Positions 1 to 11,027 of a stretch of 64,000 bases of DNA are shown here, in pieces. The position numbers and the translations under genes are program-made. Position 1 is the first letter of the stretch. Each line of letters opens with the position of its first letter. Below the pieces are notes generated by a model. That model did not search any database. It saw only the letters and a program-made list of their open reading frames with translations, and was not told where the DNA came from. Source of the stretch: Methylococcaceae bacterium (GTDB lineage Bacteria; Pseudomonadota; Gammaproteobacteria; Methylococcales; Methylomonadaceae); assembly GCA_037129595.1 (NCBI GenBank), contig JBAXUR010000004.1:8965-72964 (forward strand). The letters run 5' to 3'.

Positions 1-194
1 TATTACATTTCAAAGCATGAGCACGATATGAATTTTATGCCTGTAGAACAACATCCTATATAAGGGCAACATAGGAGTACTTGGAAACATTGGATTTGTT
101 AATAATATTTACGACCAAAAATAAAAATCGCCTATCATAGTGACCAACAGTAACGACAGCAGTCACATTAAGTTGTTTTTTTTATGAGGGTTTT

Positions 195-1184
195 ATGAAG
201 CATTTGTTATTATTTATGATGTCTATCATGCTGTTAAGTTATGGTCATCATGCGTCTGCCCGCAAGCAAATTAAAAATCCTCAGCAAGAAACCTTGCAAT
301 GTACCGCATTTAGCCCTTATGTTGGACAATTTAATCCTAATTATGGAGCGCATCCCTCCAAAGAATTAATTAGTGAGTTATTGGACACCCTCATTAAACA
401 AACGCCTTTTCGTTGCATCATGACTTACGGTGTTCTTAACGGATTGGACGCTATTTTTACAGCGGCTGAAGCACGACATATTAAAGTTATTGCCATTCTC
501 TGGCTGGATCATGACTTGGCGGTTAATTCTCAATCGATTGTTAAAGGCATTGAAGTGGCTAAGGCCTTCCCTAAAACCATTATAAAACTAAGCTGCGGTT
601 CCGAAGTAAGAACCCGTCACGCTTATGCGTTTGATGGTGAAATCACTCGCTGTATTGATGCCTTACGCAAAGCCGGTGTAACTCAACCGATTACTACGAT
701 AGATACTTGGTGGGAATGGTGCAATCGATCCTTGACCTGTGCGCAGACCGGTTTTGGAGTCCAGGTTGACTGGATAGGTATTAATATATTCCCTTGGTGG
801 GAAAACAAATTTTCTGGCCGCCATACCTGCACACCCGCAGATAAGGCCGCTGACTATCATCTTGCACGAGTCGAAGATGTTCATCGAACCTATCCAGGTA
901 AAGAGATGATAGTTACTGAATTTGGCTGGCCCAGTGGCCCCGAAGGTGCGTCTGAAATAAACCGTAAAACTGGAGAGCATTGCGGTATTGCAAGCAAGAA
1001 AAACCAATCGCTAGTCGTTGAATCAACCTTTAAAAAACTGGCTAAAAATAACTGGTCAGGAGTTGCATTTGAAGCGTTTTCAGAAAACTGGAAACCCGAT
1101 GAAGAAGGTAATTTTGGCAGTTATTGGGGAATCTGCCTTGGCAAAGCGCCTTATGATTGTCCCAATAAATTAACCATCCGTTGA
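195..1184 (+). CDS. Secreted glycoside hydrolase family 17 (beta-1,3-glucanase/glucanosyltransferase-like)
   Basis: Signal peptide; FSPY, GSE (acid/base), VTEFGWPS (nucleophile) and FEAFSENWK motifs typical of GH17. Confidence 0.8.
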   Translation: MKHLLLFMMSIMLLSYGHHASARKQIKNPQQETLQCTAFSPYVGQFNPNYGAHPSKELISELLDTLIKQTPFRCIMTYGVLNGLDAIFTAAEARHIKVIAILWLDHDLAVNSQSIVKGIEVAKAFPKTIIKLSCGSEVRTRHAYAFDGEITRCIDALRKAGVTQPITTIDTWWEWCNRSLTCAQTGFGVQVDWIGINIFPWWENKFSGRHTCTPADKAADYHLARVEDVHRTYPGKEMIVTEFGWPSGPEGASEINRKTGEHCGIASKKNQSLVVESTFKKLAKNNWSGVAFEAFSENWKPDEEGNFGSYWGICLGKAPYDCPNKLTIR

Positions 1185-1522
1185 TAATTTTGGTGATTTT
1201 AATAAAATACCGTTTTATCAACGCGCGTCATTTGATAGAATACCGACTTACAAGTGCTTATGGACGCTAACTGAATTTATTACTGTGTAGCCAACGAGCT
1301 GTTTTTATCAATTGTATAATTAAATTATGCACTCCCCTTTGTTATATTTACCAGTGAATGTGGATTATTTTTTACTTAAAAACTCTGCAATCGCTTGTAA
1401 TCGTCAACTAACCCTGAAAAATCCTTTATTATTCATTTAATTGCCAGTTGAAATAACTTAAGCTCGCTATCTGATAGTGAGTATACACCCGAAACATAAC
1501 CTATTAGAGACCCTCTTTTTAA

Positions 1523-2659
1523 ATGAATACTGTGAAATCGATACTACTTATTTTGATGCCTGTCTGGTTGTTGATGGTGCCTGCATCCAGTTATGGGCAA
1601 CATGCCGCCATAATAATCGACGCGGATAACGGTAGTGTATTGCACGAAGAAAACGCAACTCATTCATGGTATCCCGCTTCGCTCACCAAAGTAATGACGC
1701 TTTATATGGCTTTTGATGCGTTACAAGCGGGGCAAATTCATCTTTATGATACCTTAAGAGCATCCCGACACGCCGCTCTCCAGCCGAATAGCAAATTGGG
1801 TCTGAGACAAGGGGAGACATTAACTGTACAAGATGCAATTTTAGCCCTTATTACTCGTTCAGCGAATGATGCGGCTGTGGTTTTGGCTGAACATTTGGGC
1901 GGTACTGAAGAAAGTTTTGCTGTAAAAATGACTTCCAAGGCGCATTCCTTAGGTATGTACGATACGCATTTTATGAATGCAACCGGCCTTCCCCATCAAT
2001 GGCAGGTAACGACTTCCCGTGATATGGCCATGCTTGCCTGGAAGACGCAACGAAATTTTCCTAACTATTATCCCTATTTTTCTACACATACTTTTAATTT
2101 TAAAGGCCGAGAACTACGTGGGATTAACAAATTTACTGCCAGCTATCCCGGTGCAGAAGGCATGAAAACCGGATTTACTTGCGGATCTGGTTACAATCTT
2201 ATTTCCACAGCCAGCCAAAATGGCAAGCATCTAATCGGTGTCATATTGGGTGGAATGACCAGTCCGGAGCGTTATCAGTTAATGATTAACATGATGAATG
2301 ATGGTTTTGCCAACCGATTTAACCCTTATCCGGTTAAAAATATCAGCACCATGGCAACCAGTTCCGCCGGCATACCTCCCTATCAACTGGGTTGCGGCAA
2401 TGCAGCGCCGACAACGATTGGTTCAAATGATAATGATACTCCCCGGATTGCAGGTAAAAGCATGCGTGTCAGTCACAGTCGCCACCTAAACAGTAGCAGA
2501 CCTGTTAAAAATATCAAACATGTCGATAAGAGCAAGTCCTACGCAAAGAGTAAACCGGCCAGTAAAAACAAACACGTCATCAAGACTTCGTCGATTACCA
2601 AGAGCAAAAAGAGTGTCAGCAAAACCAAGCCTGTAAAAACACACTATCATCACTCTTAA
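1523..2659 (+). CDS. D-alanyl-D-alanine carboxypeptidase (peptidase S11) with Lys/Ser-rich C-terminal tail
   Basis: PASLTK (SxxK), SAN (SxN) and KTG motifs; signal peptide. Confidence 0.9.
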   Translation: MNTVKSILLILMPVWLLMVPASSYGQHAAIIIDADNGSVLHEENATHSWYPASLTKVMTLYMAFDALQAGQIHLYDTLRASRHAALQPNSKLGLRQGETLTVQDAILALITRSANDAAVVLAEHLGGTEESFAVKMTSKAHSLGMYDTHFMNATGLPHQWQVTTSRDMAMLAWKTQRNFPNYYPYFSTHTFNFKGRELRGINKFTASYPGAEGMKTGFTCGSGYNLISTASQNGKHLIGVILGGMTSPERYQLMINMMNDGFANRFNPYPVKNISTMATSSAGIPPYQLGCGNAAPTTIGSNDNDTPRIAGKSMRVSHSRHLNSSRPVKNIKHVDKSKSYAKSKPASKNKHVIKTSSITKSKKSVSKTKPVKTHYHHS

Positions 2660-2718
2660 ATAAAAATAAAACAGTTCTGATTATCTGCAAAATTTATTAG
2701 ATGACTGCACAGTTAAAC

Positions 2719-2768
2719 CACCACAGATTCGCAGATTAAACTTATTTATAATCTATGGATTTGTGGCT
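2719..2768. repeat. Imperfect palindromic repeat (CCACAGAT...ATTTGTGG type)
   Basis: ccacagattcgcagatta ... taatctatggatttgtgg inverted arms between convergent genes. Confidence 0.5.
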
Positions 2769-2863
2769 ACTTTTACCGTCAATATTTTTTTGCGGGCTGT
2801 CCTTAAGTTGGAAGAATTGTTATCTATCAAATTGCTCAGCTTAAAATTTAAAACCAGAATACT

Positions 2864-3370
2864 CTAATCTTCTTGGCCTTCCATGCAACTTGTTAAAGCA
2901 AATCGCATAATCAAAAGTGTCATCATAACGGGATACAACATAAAATTTTGCCGCAAGCCCAAACTGCCTAAAACACCAACCATTAAAATCCAAGACTGTA
3001 ACAGGTTTTTTTTTGAATAAGACCGCATAAAACGAAAACTTTCCTCATCAATTTTATGCCGCTGACCGATAAAAAATAATGAAACGAAGGCCGTAACAAG
3101 CGCAAAAAAAAGCGGGTAGAAAAAAAATATCGGTGCATCCTCTTTAAAAAAAGGCTTCCAATAAGCAAACCAAATTAACAGGGTACTGCTTGAGAAAATG
3201 TCATACCAGATTAATATCCACCTTTTTTTGAACACACCCCCCAAAATACTGATAATAGCGACACCTAAACCAACATCAATTAATGGCGGTGCCATAAGCA
3301 GACTTTGGAGTGAGCTGGCATTTTGTACCATTAAACACAGGGCAAGGCTAAAAACAATAAAAAGAGGCAT
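2864..3370 (-). CDS. Hypothetical integral membrane protein
   Basis: 168-aa ORF with several hydrophobic segments; no family recognised. Confidence 0.7.
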   Translation of the reverse strand: MPLFIVFSLALCLMVQNASSLQSLLMAPPLIDVGLGVAIISILGGVFKKRWILIWYDIFSSSTLLIWFAYWKPFFKEDAPIFFFYPLFFALVTAFVSLFFIGQRHKIDEESFRFMRSYSKKNLLQSWILMVGVLGSLGLRQNFMLYPVMMTLLIMRFALTSCMEGQED

Positions 3371-3522
3371 GGCAGTCCGTTAAATATTCGTAAAAAAAAT
3401 AAAATAATTGCTTAAGATAGCGCTCTCAGGTCATGGTTGTATTTGTTAAACTATCTGTATATAAAGACTACAACTTAACAAAAAGACAGGTAGAATAAGG
3501 CCTAACAGCTATTATCGACGCA

Positions 3523-3557
3523 TTATACACAAGCTTATACACAGTAATTGTGGAAAA
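3523..3557. promoter_or_regulatory. Cluster of three DnaA boxes (DARS-like core)
   Basis: TTATACACA (3523-3531), TTATACACA (3535-3543) and reverse-oriented TGTGGAAAA (3549-3557) all fit TTWTNCACA. Confidence 0.65.
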
Positions 3558-3787
3558 CATTCTGTGTGCTTAATGGCCGTCACTTGTTTTTGTCTATCAG
3601 AAACATAAAAGAAATTGATATAATTTATATTTGAGCGTTAAATAACAAGCTTATTTTGCTATGAAACGGGCTCAACGGGCCCCATAATCAAATAACGAAA
3701 CTACAATATTAAAGCCCTGCGTGTCTCGTACACACATAGCGTAACGCTAAATAATAAAAACATTAACAAACCAGGAAAAGATTAATC

Positions 3788-4711
3788 ATGAGCATGCAAA
3801 AACCTACCCTCCATACACCGCTATTATTGAGTAGCCTGGTCGTCTCAATTACACTGGCAGGTTGTGCGTCAACGGCAACGACAGTGCCTGATCAGAACGA
3901 TCCTTGGGTAGGCTGGAACCGAGGGACTCAGACATTTAATGATAACCTCGACAAAGCTATTGTAAAACCACTGGCACAAGGCTATCAGTGGATAACTCCA
4001 GATTTTGTCAATGAAGGTGTAACCAATTTTTTCAGTAATATTAACGATATTGGTGTAACAATCAATGACTTGCTACAATTTAAAATGACGCAAAGTGGAA
4101 TGGATGCCGGTCGTTTCTTGATTAACACAACCGCAGGTGTTGCCGGTTTTGTTGACGTAGCAACAATGATTGATTTGCCCAAGCACAAAGAAGACTTTGG
4201 GCAAACATTAGGGTATTGGGGCGTTCCATCAGGCTCTTATCTGGTATTACCCTTCTTTGGGCCAAGCTCACCCAGAGATACGATTGGACTGGTAGGCGAT
4301 GCATTATTTAATCCTCTGACTTATGTTTCCATATTTGGAGGTGCGGCAGCTAGCGCAGCCACAGCGGGCTCAAAAGTTATTGATGTCACTGATAAACGAG
4401 CGCACTTAATGACGACTGAAAAAATCGTTAACGAAGGCTCTATTGATCGTTACGATTTTATTAAAAACTCTTATGAGCAAAATCGTGATTATCTTATCCA
4501 TGACGGCAATCTTCCCGATGACACTGATCCAGATCTGAATGATGAGAGCTCTGAATCCGGAACAACTAAAGGTTCCAGTAACGGGAAAAATACCACACCA
4601 TCCCAACCCACTAATAAAAGTGCAGACAGCATTAATAAACCCGATGCTTCAAAACCATCTTCCAGCGATAAAAAGCCCGCTCATTTTCTGAAATTAACAG
4701 AACCCAAATAA
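3788..4711 (+). CDS. mlaA: MlaA/VacJ lipoprotein
   Basis: Lipobox LAGC; DPWVGWNR, EDFGQTLGYWGV and LVLPFFGPSSPRD motifs. Confidence 0.93.
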   Translation: MSMQKPTLHTPLLLSSLVVSITLAGCASTATTVPDQNDPWVGWNRGTQTFNDNLDKAIVKPLAQGYQWITPDFVNEGVTNFFSNINDIGVTINDLLQFKMTQSGMDAGRFLINTTAGVAGFVDVATMIDLPKHKEDFGQTLGYWGVPSGSYLVLPFFGPSSPRDTIGLVGDALFNPLTYVSIFGGAAASAATAGSKVIDVTDKRAHLMTTEKIVNEGSIDRYDFIKNSYEQNRDYLIHDGNLPDDTDPDLNDESSESGTTKGSSNGKNTTPSQPTNKSADSINKPDASKPSSSDKKPAHFLKLTEPK

Positions 4712-5223
4712 ACAATGATATTGGCTTCATCTTCCTTATAAAAATTGCAATAAAGACACGCAGTCGTTACATTTTAAATTGAACGGTTCGTGTCTTTATG
4801 ATGTTAACATCAAGGAATAAAATAGCCGTTTACTTATTACAGTTTCTGCTCATCAACAATAATTTTTTGCAGTATCTAATCATCAAAACAAGATGATGGT
4901 TAATCTTGTCAAATAGAATATGGTGAATTATTAAGCTGGAATATTTTTTATCATAATTTCCGCTTTAAGATGAAAAATTATAACAGCACTTACCTGTTGA
5001 CCATTCCTAAAAAACCAGTATGTAGGCTTGGGCTTTGAAAATATTCCATTTACTATTTTACCCTAACATCCCGAAGCACATGATATGCAGATTTTTTTAG
5101 GCATTAATTAATATAAATCTGCTATAAACGGCTAGTTTTTTCTATTAAACAGGTATTTCTAATGCTTGTTGTTCTATTACATGCCAAAATATACCTTAAT
5201 CTTAAGCGTTAATTCGAGAAACC

Positions 5224-6156
5224 ATGAAAATTGCTATTTTGTCCCGCAACCCTAAACTCTATTCAACCGCTCGCTTGGTTGAGGCCGCACAAGCTCGCGG
5301 ACATGAGGTACGGGTTTTGGATGTTTTGCGTTGCTATATGAATATTACGTCGCATAATCCATCCATCCATTATCGGGGAGAAGACTTAACCGGATTTGAT
5401 GCTGTTATTCCAAGAATTGGTGCTTCCGTAACATTTTACGGCACAGCTGTACTCAGACAATTTGAAATGATGAATGTCTTCCCTCTCAACGAATCGGTGG
5501 CCATATCACGTTCAAGAGATAAATTACGCTCAGTCCAATTACTGGCCAGAAAAGGAATCGGCTTACCTGTAACCGGTTTTGCCAACAATCCAGATGACAT
5601 TCAGGATTTAATTTCTCAAGTCGGCGGAGCACCCTTGGTGATTAAATTATTACAAGGTACTCAAGGAATCGGTGTCGTATTGGCAGAAACCCATAATGCC
5701 GCTGAAAGTGTTATTCAAGCTTTTATGGGGCTAAATGCCAATATTATGGTTCAAGAATTTATTAAAGAAGCCGGTGGCAGCGACATTCGGTGCTTTGTAG
5801 TCGGGGACAAGGTTGTCGCATCGATGAAACGTCAGGCTTCAGAAGGCGAATTTCGATCAAATCTGCATCGTGGCGGCTCAGCGGCTTTAATACGCCTGAC
5901 ACCGGAAGAACGTTCTACTGCCGTGCGTGCAGCAAAAATAATGGGGCTGAATGTCTGTGGCGTTGATATGCTGCGTTCAAATCATGGCCCGGTGATTATG
6001 GAAGTCAACTCATCACCGGGCTTAAAAGGTATTGAAGCTGCCAGTGAAAAAGATATTGCCGAGTTGATTATTCAGTTTGTTGAAAAACGTTTTGAAACCA
6101 TGGAAACGGCAAAAGATAAATCACCTACCCGTACCCGTACTCGCGGCAAAGGTTAA
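5224..6156 (+). CDS. rimK: Ribosomal protein S6--L-glutamate ligase
   Basis: MKIAILSRN start; ATP-grasp motifs [16 protein letters not shown] and EVNSSPGL. Confidence 0.95.
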   Translation: MKIAILSRNPKLYSTARLVEAAQARGHEVRVLDVLRCYMNITSHNPSIHYRGEDLTGFDAVIPRIGASVTFYGTAVLRQFEMMNVFPLNESVAISRSRDKLRSVQLLARKGIGLPVTGFANNPDDIQDLISQVGGAPLVIKLLQGTQGIGVVLAETHNAAESVIQAFMGLNANIMVQEFIKEAGGSDIRCFVVGDKVVASMKRQASEGEFRSNLHRGGSAALIRLTPEERSTAVRAAKIMGLNVCGVDMLRSNHGPVIMEVNSSPGLKGIEAASEKDIAELIIQFVEKRFETMETAKDKSPTRTRTRGKG

Positions 6157-6286
6157 TTATTTGTATGGCCGGTATTATTAATGGCCGCTCCTAAAGCCTG
6201 AATTAAAGATTATTAAGGCCATGATGTCCTTTAATAATCTTATGGTATTTAGGTAGTACTCAGAAAATAACCACCAGAATCAGCTT

Positions 6287-6381
6287 GGGAATGTGCATGA
6301 AATAACCTCGGCATCTTGCGCCCTCTCCCACAGGGAGAGGGTTGAGGGAATATAATGGTCAAGTATTTCATGCACTTTCCC
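6287..6381. mobile_element. MITE family B, copy 1 (second copy at 52206-52302)
   Basis: TIRs gggaatgtgcatgaaata / tatttcatgcactttccc; internal ccctctccc-gggagaggg hairpin; similar to the copy at 52206. Confidence 0.7.
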
Positions 6382-6401
6382 TAATTCCCACGCAGGAGCG
6401 T

Positions 6402-6529
6402 CAATGCCATTAAGTTAAGCGAAAGTTGTTTAAAAAATGGGAGTGCAATCGCTTCAGCTATTGCCTGTAAAAACAGCTAAAGCGGTTTTATACTCCAGAT
6501 TGTATGCTTAAATTAACTTAACGACATTG
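6402..6529. mobile_element. MITE family A, copy 1
   Basis: TIRs caatgccattaagttaag / ttaacttaacgacattg; core agctattgcctgtaaaaacagctaaagc shared with 17549, 29916 and 45304. Confidence 0.75.
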
Positions 6530-6567
6530 ACTGATGGTTATTTATTGCCAATTACCTTAGGCGTTAT

Positions 6568-7578
6568 TTACCCCAAAGCACTCACAATCGCATTACCCAT
6601 TTCGACTGTTCCACAGGTAGATTGTGGATTAAGGTCTTGGGTAACATACTTGCCCTCATTAACGACTTTTTCAACAGCTGTTTTAATACGCTCTGCAGCT
6701 TCGGTTTCGCCCAAATGATTTAACATCATAACGCCGGCCATAATAACGGCAATCGGGTTAGCCAGATTTTTTCCGGTAATATCCGGAGCACTGCCATGCA
6801 CTGCTTCAAATAGAGCAGCATCATCACCAATATTGGCACCTGGAATCAAACCCAGCCCACCGACCAGACCTGCTGTTAAATCCGACAAAATATCACCAAA
6901 CATATTGGTAGTCACCACTACATCAAATTGCTGTGGATTCATGACCATGTGCATACAAGCGGCATCTACGATTTTCTCGTCAAACTGAATATCAGGATAA
7001 CGCGCGGCGGTTTCTCTGGCAACGTCCAGAAACAAACCTTGGGTATATTTTAAAATATTGGCTTTATGACAAACCGTTACTTTTTTACGATGATTATCCC
7101 GTGCATATTTAAACGCATACTCGATAACACGTTGTGAAGCTACCCGGGTAACGACCGCCAAACTTTCGGCAATATCTTTTTTAGGCGTCAGATAATGCTC
7201 AAGTCCTGCGTAGAGTCCTTCAGTATTTTCCCTGACAATAACAATATCAACATCTTCGTAACGCGTTTTTATGCCTGGCCAACTTTTAGCCGGACGTACA
7301 TTGGCATACAGTTCGTATTGCTGACGCAAGGCTACATTTATACTTCTAAACCCGGTTCCCACAACAGTCGTCAATGGGCCTTTAAAGGCCAAACGGGTTT
7401 TATCAAAAGATGCCAGGGTTTCATCAGGCAACGGCGTGCCGAATTTTTCAAAAGCCGCCAACCCCGCATAGGCTTCTTCCCAGTGAATTTTTACGCCTGA
7501 GGCATCAATAACTTTTACGGCCTCATCCATAATCGAAGGACCAATACCATCACCTTTTATCAACGTGACCTTGTGCAT
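6568..7578 (-). CDS. NAD-dependent isocitrate dehydrogenase (IDH/IPMDH family)
   Basis: GDGIGP, RENTEG, HKANILK, NMFGDILSD and FEAVHGSAPDI motifs; SINVALR substrate loop. Confidence 0.88.
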   Translation of the reverse strand: MHKVTLIKGDGIGPSIMDEAVKVIDASGVKIHWEEAYAGLAAFEKFGTPLPDETLASFDKTRLAFKGPLTTVVGTGFRSINVALRQQYELYANVRPAKSWPGIKTRYEDVDIVIVRENTEGLYAGLEHYLTPKKDIAESLAVVTRVASQRVIEYAFKYARDNHRKKVTVCHKANILKYTQGLFLDVARETAARYPDIQFDEKIVDAACMHMVMNPQQFDVVVTTNMFGDILSDLTAGLVGGLGLIPGANIGDDAALFEAVHGSAPDITGKNLANPIAVIMAGVMMLNHLGETEAAERIKTAVEKVVNEGKYVTQDLNPQSTCGTVEMGNAIVSALG

Positions 7579-7747
7579 AATTATCTCCACAGTTTAATTA
7601 ACACTCTCGCCAAACAGCGGGAGTGATTCTTTATATAGCTTTAAGAAGGGGCGTGAACCCAGGCATTTTAATCATCACATTAAGCGATATCGGGTCACAA
7701 TAGGAATAATAACAAAAAGGCAATATTCACGTGATTTTATTTCATTT

Positions 7748-8998
7748 CTAAATAAGCTCCGCATCCCCAATAAGATCAACCTTGACCTTGTCACCCGCTT
7801 TAACACTCTTGCATTCAGTGGGTAAAACGATATAACAATTAGCCTGGCTCATGGAACTAAGTATATTTGAAGCTTGCTTGCCCGAGGAGGCCACAAAAAA
7901 TTCGCCGGTTTGATCTTGGGTTAAAATACCTCGCTGATAATCTTGTCGCCCCGGCGCTTTTTTTAGCGGCGTCGTACAGGTTGCTGTTAATTGCAACGAT
8001 TTTGCTTCCGGTGCACCGGACAATTGCCTAAGTGCTGGTGCGACCAGGTATTTAAACGTGACAATAACGGCCACCGGGTTACCGGGCAGTCCAAAAAAAC
8101 AACAGTCACCTATTTTTCCAAAAGCCAACGGTTTTCCGGGTTTTATCGCCAGCTTCCAGAAATTGACATTGCCGCAGCGCTCCAGTATTTCTTTAACATA
8201 ATCAGCTTCACCTACTGACGCACCACCGGTAGTAATAATGACATCATGATTTTTTGCCGCCTCTATAAAACTTTCCTCCAACAATTGCCTGTTATCAGCA
8301 ATCACGCCCTTATCCGTTACATGGTAGCAGGCATTGGTTAACAGTCCGCTTAAGGTGTACCGATTACTGTCGTATATTTGCCCTGATGCCAAGGGCTGAC
8401 CCAGCTCCGTTAACTCATCGCCCGTTGAAAAAAAGGCTATTCTTACCGGCCGTTTAACAGTCACCTCATCAATTCCGGCCGAAGCCAATAAACCCAGATC
8501 AATGGCATTCAATTTTTTTGGATGGGAAAAAAGTAAGCCACCTTGCTTTACATCTTCACCCACTTGTCTGATATGTTGCTCTGTAGGCGTATTTTCTGAA
8601 AAACAGATCATTTGTCCGTTAACCTGAACGTGCTCCTGCATGACGACCGAATCAGCTTGATCGGGGACTACTGCACCGGTAAAAATGCGGATACATTGCC
8701 CGGGTTGCAACAATCCGATAAAAGGCCGACCTGCCCATGAAGTCCCTACCAGACTCAATGTAAAGGGCTGCTCATGACAAATATCCTGACTGGAAAAAGC
8801 ATAGCCATCCATGGCGGCATTTCTGTCGTGTGGGCTATTAATAGCCGAATAAACCGATTCTGACAATATGCGCCCCAAGGCATTTTTTAAGGCCACTTTT
8901 TCTGATTCTTCGACGGCATTAATCGCTGCTTTAATAGCATCCAAGGCCTCTTCAATAGGCAGTAAAGGTTTCGTTTCCTGGCAACATAAGTCAATCAT
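7748..8998 (-). CDS. moeA: Molybdopterin molybdotransferase
   Basis: AAMDGYA, IFTGA, STGDEL, TTGGASVG, KPGKP and GLPGNP motifs. Confidence 0.95.
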   Translation of the reverse strand: MIDLCCQETKPLLPIEEALDAIKAAINAVEESEKVALKNALGRILSESVYSAINSPHDRNAAMDGYAFSSQDICHEQPFTLSLVGTSWAGRPFIGLLQPGQCIRIFTGAVVPDQADSVVMQEHVQVNGQMICFSENTPTEQHIRQVGEDVKQGGLLFSHPKKLNAIDLGLLASAGIDEVTVKRPVRIAFFSTGDELTELGQPLASGQIYDSNRYTLSGLLTNACYHVTDKGVIADNRQLLEESFIEAAKNHDVIITTGGASVGEADYVKEILERCGNVNFWKLAIKPGKPLAFGKIGDCCFFGLPGNPVAVIVTFKYLVAPALRQLSGAPEAKSLQLTATCTTPLKKAPGRQDYQRGILTQDQTGEFFVASSGKQASNILSSMSQANCYIVLPTECKSVKAGDKVKVDLIGDAELI

Positions 8999-9528
8999 AA
9001 ATGCCCCATGAATTGATTTAAAATAAAGGCAGCTATCATTTCAGGCTGATTAATATCAAGTTGGGTTAACGTGTCTGGCGCTTCCAAAGTAACATCAGAA
9101 GCAATGGCTATAATATTCGGATCATTCGGATACAGTAAGGGCTTGTTAAGTGAGGGGCGATGTAATTCAATTTTAGGAAATGGTTCGGCTTTAAAGCCTT
9201 CAACTAAAATCAAATCCAATTCAGATTGATCAAACAGCTTTAACTGATCGTCCAATCGAGTTTCTTGTTCTGGATTGATTTCGGTAATAATGGCTCGACG
9301 ATGCGTAGATACCAGCATAACGGGCGAAGCGCCCGCCTCTCGTAAGCGGAAACTGTCTTTGCCTGGCTGATCTATTTGGAAATTATGATGGCTGTGTTTG
9401 ATTAAACCGATACGCAAACCATGGTGCTTTAAAATGGGGATAGTTTGGGTCAGTAACGTCGTTTTACCGGTTCCGCTAAAAGCGGCAAAACCTAATAGGG
9501 GGACATAAGCATGTAGCATAGTAATCAA
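8995..9528 (-). CDS. mobB: Molybdopterin-guanine dinucleotide biosynthesis protein B
   Basis: FSGTGKTTL P-loop; KHSHH..IDQPGKDS; LVEGFK; overlaps the moeA start. Confidence 0.93.
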   Translation of the reverse strand: MITMLHAYVPLLGFAAFSGTGKTTLLTQTIPILKHHGLRIGLIKHSHHNFQIDQPGKDSFRLREAGASPVMLVSTHRRAIITEINPEQETRLDDQLKLFDQSELDLILVEGFKAEPFPKIELHRPSLNKPLLYPNDPNIIAIASDVTLEAPDTLTQLDINQPEMIAAFILNQFMGHL

Positions 9529-9606
9529 TTCGTCAGACTGTTATCGAAGGATGGCTTATTCTAAGGTATTATTGAGTAGGGATCATTATTAATACGGGAG
9601 AAAACA

Positions 9607-10101
9607 TTGATTCGAATTTATCTTATTTTGTTGCTGATCATTATTGCATTTTTTGGGTTACGCGCGTTTTTAAAAGCTTCGCCCTCGGTATTGGCTAAAT
9701 ATGCAAGAATTTCCTTGCTGGGTATTTTTGGCTTGACGCTGCTTTATTTAACAGCAACAGGACGTTTAAACTGGCTGTTTGCGCTGGTAGGTCTGGTTAT
9801 TGCGTACCTGATCAGGTTAATGCCAACATTGCTACACTATGCACCACAATTGCAAAAACTATGGCAGGCATTTTCCGGCACCCAACAAAACACCTCACAA
9901 CGTCAAAGTGAGGACAGTGCTAAAGGAAAAATGTCAGTAGAAGAAGCTTATGAAGTATTGGGTTTAAAACCAGGGGCATCGGAACAGGACATCATTGCCT
10001 CTCACCGTAAATTAATGCAAAAAATACATCCTGACAGGGGCGGCTCTGATTATTTGGCCGCAAAAATAAATTTAGCTAAAAAAATCTTGTTAAAAAAATA
10101 A
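9607..10101 (+). CDS. Membrane-anchored J-domain (DnaJ-like, Pam18-type) protein
   Basis: N-terminal TM helices; EAYEVLGL...[18 protein letters not shown]. Confidence 0.85.
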   Translation: MIRIYLILLLIIIAFFGLRAFLKASPSVLAKYARISLLGIFGLTLLYLTATGRLNWLFALVGLVIAYLIRLMPTLLHYAPQLQKLWQAFSGTQQNTSQRQSEDSAKGKMSVEEAYEVLGLKPGASEQDIIASHRKLMQKIHPDRGGSDYLAAKINLAKKILLKK

Positions 10102-10108
10102 TAACATA

Positions 10109-10765
10109 ATGTATTTTTACTCGTTAAAACGTCATTCTCTGATGATATTAATGGCATTGACTTCATTAAATGCCCCTGCTGCTGGATATTACGTACCCGA
10201 TAAAATCAGTCACCCTAATCATGTCGATGATAAGCATCTGCAAAAAAAAGTGACAAATAATATCAACTCCATAGCTACTCAATCAAGATCAACCATTAGA
10301 AATACGCCTAAAAAACAGCCTGCCAAGAGTAATGTTTCCCAGAAAAAAGAAAGCAAAAATAGTAAATTAATTACTTCTATTGATAATGAAAAAATTTCAG
10401 CCTTAAACTTCGATTGGCCCATTAAAGGAAAAGTTTTAAAAAATTTTTCGCCATCCCGCAATAAAGGTATTGATATCGCAGGGAAGAAAGGACAGTTTAT
10501 AAAAGCGGCTGAAGCAGGAAAGGTTGTCTATGATGGACAAGGCCTGATTGGTTTCGGTAAGCTACTAATTATTAAGCACAATGCTATTTATTTAAGTGCT
10601 TATACCAACAATAGTCGACTTCTTGTTAATGCGGGAGAAAGCGTAGAAAAGGGACAATCTATTGCAAAAGTGGGGGATGTTGGTATCAAACGAAGGTCTT
10701 TACATTTTGAAATAAGAAAAAACGGAAAGCCAATTAATCCGCTAAAACTTCTTCCCAAAAAATAA
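10109..10765 (+). CDS. M23 peptidase-domain protein, NlpD-like
   Basis: WPIKG, NKGIDIAG and LHFEIRKNGKPINP motifs; directly upstream of rpoS; no clear LysM domain or lipobox. Confidence 0.8.
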   Translation: MYFYSLKRHSLMILMALTSLNAPAAGYYVPDKISHPNHVDDKHLQKKVTNNINSIATQSRSTIRNTPKKQPAKSNVSQKKESKNSKLITSIDNEKISALNFDWPIKGKVLKNFSPSRNKGIDIAGKKGQFIKAAEAGKVVYDGQGLIGFGKLLIIKHNAIYLSAYTNNSRLLVNAGESVEKGQSIAKVGDVGIKRRSLHFEIRKNGKPINPLKLLPKK

Positions 10766-11027
10766 TTTTTTTTCATTTTTTGTAAATACGTAATATTACG
10801 TAGGTATTTCCACCTATTGTGGTGATGGGTAAATCATGAAAAAATCAACCTCGATACGAACAAATTGTTATATAAAGCAGGAAAATATATTTGCACGCTA
10901 ATTTTGGCGAATTTGTTTACTTCGATTATGCCAGCCTGAATGGAGGCTCCGGAGGAAAGTCATCGACATTTACCTTACTTAAAGATATTTAATGCTAGTC
11001 ACCTAGGCTATTAACCAGGAAATTAAT

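Noticed and set aside
10860-11027. GGA motifs in the rpoS leader as a CsrA-regulated element
   Set aside because: Several GGA triplets are present, but the hairpin context is weak and chance occurrence cannot be excluded.
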